Source: Candidatus Uhrbacteria bacterium
GTDB lineage: Bacteria; Patescibacteriota; Patescibacteriia; UBA9934
Length of the DNA stretch: 64,000 nucleotides
NCBI GenBank assembly: GCA_018664485.1
Contig: JABJOE010000007.1
Span: 68,353 to 132,352, forward strand
Reading direction: 5' to 3'
Positions within the stretch are counted from its first letter, which is position 1. Each line of letters opens with the position of its first letter. The notes beneath the pieces are model-generated. The model saw nothing but the letters and a program-made list of their open reading frames with translations. It ran no database searches and was not told the DNA's origin. Of this stretch, positions 62,136 through 64,000 are shown piece after piece. The translations under genes were made by a program, and so were the position numbers.

Positions 62136-62212
62136 TGGTGGGTCCGGATGGACTTGAACCATCGACCACGGAGGTATAAGCTCCGCGCTCTAACCAGCTG
62201 AGCTACGGACCC
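62136..62212 (-). tRNA. tRNA-Ile (anticodon TAT)
   Basis: GGGTCCGTAGCTCAGCTGGTTAGAGCG-CGGAG-CTTATAC-CTCCG-TGGTC-GATGGTTCAAGTCCATC-CGGACCCA-CCA. Confidence 0.95.
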
Positions 62213-62214
62213 AC

Positions 62215-62334
62215 AAATTCAGGCCAAAATGTCCATCTGCGTTGTTACCACTCTGCTCCTCAACGTCGTACAGGAAGTACGTCTTTTTGCGGTGCTCGTG
62301 GCGCCTAGCAGCTGAACATTTTTTCACTGAATTT
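62215..62334. repeat. Palindromic element (subfamily B), 5' of tRNA-Ile
   Basis: Arms aaattcag..aaaatgtccatctgc/gcagctgaacatttt..ctgaattt; core gctcctcaacgtcgtac-aggaa-gtacgtctttttgcggtgctc. Confidence 0.85.
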
Positions 62335-62636
62335 CCAATCGCGTCATTGCACAAAAACTTCATCAGATCTGGATAATTATTATATATACTTCTACGCTCC
62401 TCGCCATCACACTAAAACTACACCTTATCTGGAAAATATTATACAACAGCTCCCCTATCCTATTGTTTTGCGAATAAAAACGCAATATATCAACCTACAA
62501 CGATAGCCTCTACCATAAGCACAGACCTATCCGGTCAATGTACAGGCGCCCATATAAGATCGCGAACCTTAGCGCATTGACTCGATGACGTCAAGATGCA
62601 ATAGTAGGGACGAAACATGATCAATATCGGAAATTT

Positions 62637-63545
62637 ATGAAAACATTTACATCGGATCAACCAGAACCAGAGCGACTTGATAAACTCGCAACAACAGAAC
62701 TTGGGATCACTCGATCGCAAGTGCAAAAACTTATCAAGGCAGAAAAGATCCTCGTTGACGATAAGCCTGCCAACGCGCGAACCATGATCGATTCTTCAAT
62801 GGTCATGAGTTATGACCCAACGATCCTGGATGCAGTTGAAAAAGTCGGTGAAATGCCAGTCTTTGAAATTCTTTTTGAAAACGAAGAAATGGTCACCATC
62901 AACAAGCCTGCAGGAGTCCTCGTGCACGAGGCTGAAACTTCAACGGAGTTCACCCTTGTTGACGCGCTTCTATGTAAGTGGCCTGAAATAGCTACAGTAG
63001 GAGACGACGCAAAACGCGCAGGTCTCGTTCATCGACTAGACAAACATGCATCAGGAATAATGGTCGTTGCAAAAACTCAGGAAGCTTTTGACCATTTGAA
63101 AACTCAGTTTAAAGATCGTCTTGTAAAAAAGAACTACACTGTTTTAGTTCACGAGAAGCTATCACAAGAGAGTGGCACGATCGACTTCCCTATATCTCGA
63201 TCAAAAACATCAGGACGAATGGCGGCACGATCAAAGGTCGACGACGGGAAAAAAGCGGTCACTCATTACGACACAATAAAAGCTTACCCTCACCACACTT
63301 TACTTGATGTAAACATCGAAACAGGACGTACCCACCAAATCCGTGTTCACTTTTTTGCCATGGATCATCCGGTTGTTGGAGACACCCTATATCGACAGCG
63401 TGGGGTAAAGCCTATGGACATCGGTCGACTATTCTTGCACGCGCGCAAGCTTAGAATCACCATTCCAAACGGTGAAGAAAAGACATTCGAAGCGCCAATT
63501 CCAAAAGAACTTGAAGACGTGCTAGATACAATCCCGAAACTGTAA
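62637..63545 (+). CDS. RluA/RluD-family pseudouridine synthase
   Basis: S4 domain, INKPAGVLVH, VHRLDK..SG, ETGRTHQIRVH, HPVVGD. Confidence 0.95.
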   Translation: MKTFTSDQPEPERLDKLATTELGITRSQVQKLIKAEKILVDDKPANARTMIDSSMVMSYDPTILDAVEKVGEMPVFEILFENEEMVTINKPAGVLVHEAETSTEFTLVDALLCKWPEIATVGDDAKRAGLVHRLDKHASGIMVVAKTQEAFDHLKTQFKDRLVKKNYTVLVHEKLSQESGTIDFPISRSKTSGRMAARSKVDDGKKAVTHYDTIKAYPHHTLLDVNIETGRTHQIRVHFFAMDHPVVGDTLYRQRGVKPMDIGRLFLHARKLRITIPNGEEKTFEAPIPKELEDVLDTIPKL

Positions 63546-63547
63546 AT

Positions 63548-64000
63548 ATGACTTTCGATGAAGCTCTCGCAAAACTAAAGAACGCCTCCCCGCTACGCAT
63601 CACGGTAAGTGGAGACATTGGATCTGGAAAATCAACATTTACAAAGCGCTTAGCTGCAGAACTTGATATACCCCGCACTTACGTCGGACAGATGATGCGA
63701 GATGAAGCGGCGGCACGCGGTCTTTCACTCGATGATTTCAATAAGCTTTTAAATGAAGACGACGAAGTTGATCGACGTCTCGACGAACTTCAACGTGAGA
63801 AGTCAGTAGACATAGAGCGCGGTGTGTTTGAAGGAAGAACATCCTGGCACTTTGTTGTTGACCCTAAAATAACTGTATTTCTGTCCGTAGACCCAGATGC
63901 AGCAGCGAATCGTATCTGGAAGGATGACAATGCAAATCGAGATGCATACGAATCCGTCGACGACCTCATAAAGGCCAATGTGGAACGCAAAGCTTCCGAG
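63548..64000 (+). CDS. Cytidylate kinase-like protein (partial)
   Basis: ITVSGDIGSGKST P-loop, G..MR..A...G, EVDRRLD, FEGR; runs off window end. Confidence 0.8.
   Translation, partial: MTFDEALAKLKNASPLRITVSGDIGSGKSTFTKRLAAELDIPRTYVGQMMRDEAAARGLSLDDFNKLLNEDDEVDRRLDELQREKSVDIERGVFEGRTSWHFVVDPKITVFLSVDPDAAANRIWKDDNANRDAYESVDDLIKANVERKASE

Overview
Chromosomal segment of a reduced-genome bacterium using genetic code 11. It is most likely Patescibacteria/CPR (Parcubacteria/ABY1-like), inferred from gene content and not from a marker search. The backbone is mostly minus-strand housekeeping genes: recG, rsmA, tsaC, prfB, groESL with CIRCE, yidC, nusA, yraN, tdk, argS-tyrS-valS, a CCA-adding enzyme, RluA, a cytidylate kinase and 7 tRNAs. 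It also carries a chromosomal T4SS-like cluster (VirB6-like, PrgI, VirB4, VirB8-like, then comF) preceded by a 3098-aa Cys-rich acidic surface protein. Three layers are not explained by routine annotation. (1) About 14 orphan genes are scattered as modules of TTGAC-N17 promoter, Shine-Dalgarno, ORF and a CCCG..CGGG hairpin usually followed by TGC, whereas the core genes inspected have AT-rich leaders without SD. (2) At least 9 copies of a 100-160 bp palindromic element with a CGTAC-loop-GTACG apex sit next to tRNAs and in operon spacers, and two of them carry the same 30-bp double mini-hairpin inserted at the identical site. (3) tRNA-Ile(UAU) and tRNA-Arg(GCG) are anticodons that bypass TilS and TadA. 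All protein family calls come from motif recognition by eye; no database search was run.
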